NCBI GenBank assembly: GCA_030390025.1
Contig: CM059432.1
Span: forward strand, 64,978,001-65,042,000
Origin: Squalus acanthias
Lineage: Eukaryota
Reading direction: 5' to 3'
Length of the DNA stretch: 64,000 nt
Shown: in pieces, positions 62,621 through 64,000 of the stretch
Layout of the letters: every line of letters starts with the position of its first letter
How positions within the stretch are numbered: position 1 is the first letter of the stretch
Made by a program: the position numbers and the translations under genes
The notes under the pieces: model-generated
What the model saw: only the letters and a program-made list of their open reading frames with translations
Told to the model about the DNA's origin: nothing
Databases searched by the model: none

Positions 62621-63470
62621 TCAGAAGTTTATGGTTTGCAAATTCCTGTGTTTACTAAACTGCATCCTGTTCAAATGCAAGAACTTTTGATTTGCAACTC
62701 AAGAACAACAAAATCTCCCAACAAATCCCCTTTGAGTAAGTGCTCCCAATTTATTAGTAAAAGGTCAAATTCTGCAGGTTAAAATATACATACTTACAGC
62801 TTTTATCTTCAGAAAAATTATATGTAATAAATGATTTTAGGAGCTCCCTCATATTGTTTCACTGAGAACCTAAGCGAAAGCAGTAAAATATATCAGCACT
62901 TTAAACCAAAATCGCACAACTGAAGCTTTTCACTGGTGATAATGTTACCTTTTATAAGGGAGTGTTACTTGTATCACTAGGTACATGCCCACAAAAATCA
63001 AAGGTTTACACAGATGAAGATGCTCTGATGTGCTTCAATATATTTGTTTTCAAAAGCAAAGGAAGATTCCTATCACATTTAAGGAGTTAGAGCATGGGAT
63101 TGAAACTCCGAACCGATCATCATTATCCATGCAACATAATTCCATGAATATTCAGAAATCTGTCAAAAAATAGTGAAGTGATGCACATGAAGGCTATTTC
63201 ACTGGTGATTGTTTACTGTGATTCCTTTGATGAGTGTAAATTAGTGTTTGCATTCATTATTTACAATGCAGACAACTGAAAATGATCAGCTTAAAGAGTT
63301 ATTGCAACACATCACGATTGTAGAGTTCCATTGATCATGTTTGTGTCTTTAGAGAACAAATTAAAAGATAGAAAAAATTAGCTGTGAGACATAGATTAAA
63401 GGGAGTGAATCACAGCAGTGGAAAATGTGTTTATGATCAATTGATCTCCTGTGACATTGCTATTGTATTT

Positions 63471-63553
63471 AAGGGGCGACAGCTCCGAAAGCTTGTAATT
63501 TTAAATAAATCTGTTGGACTATAACCTGGTGTTGTGCGACTTCTCATTTTTGT
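63471..63553 (+). mobile_element. Penelope 3'-tail fragment of the 39-43 kb family
   Basis: CTCCGAAAGCTTGT..CTGTTGGACTATAACCTGGTGTTGTGCGAC matches 43066-43135. Confidence 0.85.
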
Positions 63554-64000
63554 ATTTATAAGGATTGGGTTCTTGCTTCTCCCCACTGCTGCAGAAAGGT
63601 GGTGAACCTTACTCTCTGAGCTTATTCTTTCTGCCTCCAACCATTTCTTCCCCCTCTCTGAGCAAGCTCATTCCCTGCCCCTATCCTTGTCCCTGGTCTT
63701 TCTGATATTATGTTATCTCATAATTCCTCCTCTCCACTTAAGTTATATTATAACTCACTTCTTCTAGCCTGGTTGCTATAGTACTCTGCTTTCCAATCAT
63801 TTTCCTCATCCAATTCAGCTGGTCAGTTTGATCATGTGTGGAAGCTCCAACCAGGTCGTGATTCCTGGGAATTGTGGGCTAATTGTGAGTCAGCTGGCCG
63901 GAAGACACCAGAAGGCCTCTGAATGTCAGAACCCAGCTGGCTGGTTTGTACATCGGGAATAAATCAGTGACCAATTTCTGCATTCACTGGAGCTTTGGGT

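Noticed and set aside
62798..62868. AG/GT-bounded minus-strand segment
   Set aside because: All three frames from the acceptor contain stops, and the internal ATG frame is out of phase with the preferred frame of the 61570 exon.

Overview
Eukaryotic, repeat-dominated DNA. The CR1/L2, Deu-type SINE, Penelope and Harbinger families point to a vertebrate, most likely a cartilaginous fish (inference). Most of the window is transposable elements, probably lying in introns of an unidentified minus-strand host gene (candidate short exons at about 61.5, 53.5, 52.1, 52.0 and 13.2 kb). Highlights: (1) a 3.7-kb Penelope-like insertion (39397-43134) that is an apparently perfect fold-back palindrome: two identical RT+GIY-YIG ORFs head-to-head, a 2-nt loop, a 12-bp TSD and a minimal hammerhead ribozyme motif in each arm. 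Two ~220-bp hairpin insertions of a second Penelope family share this architecture. (2) An apparently intact PIF/Harbinger transposon (55552-59873) with a DDE transposase and a convergent 3-exon Myb/SANT gene, plus six decayed copies in the same orientation and several MITEs. (3) Many CR1/L2 LINE fragments, including a near full-length CR1 with a zinc-finger/esterase ORF1, nested insertions and small templated inversions. All calls are by eye; no database searches were run.
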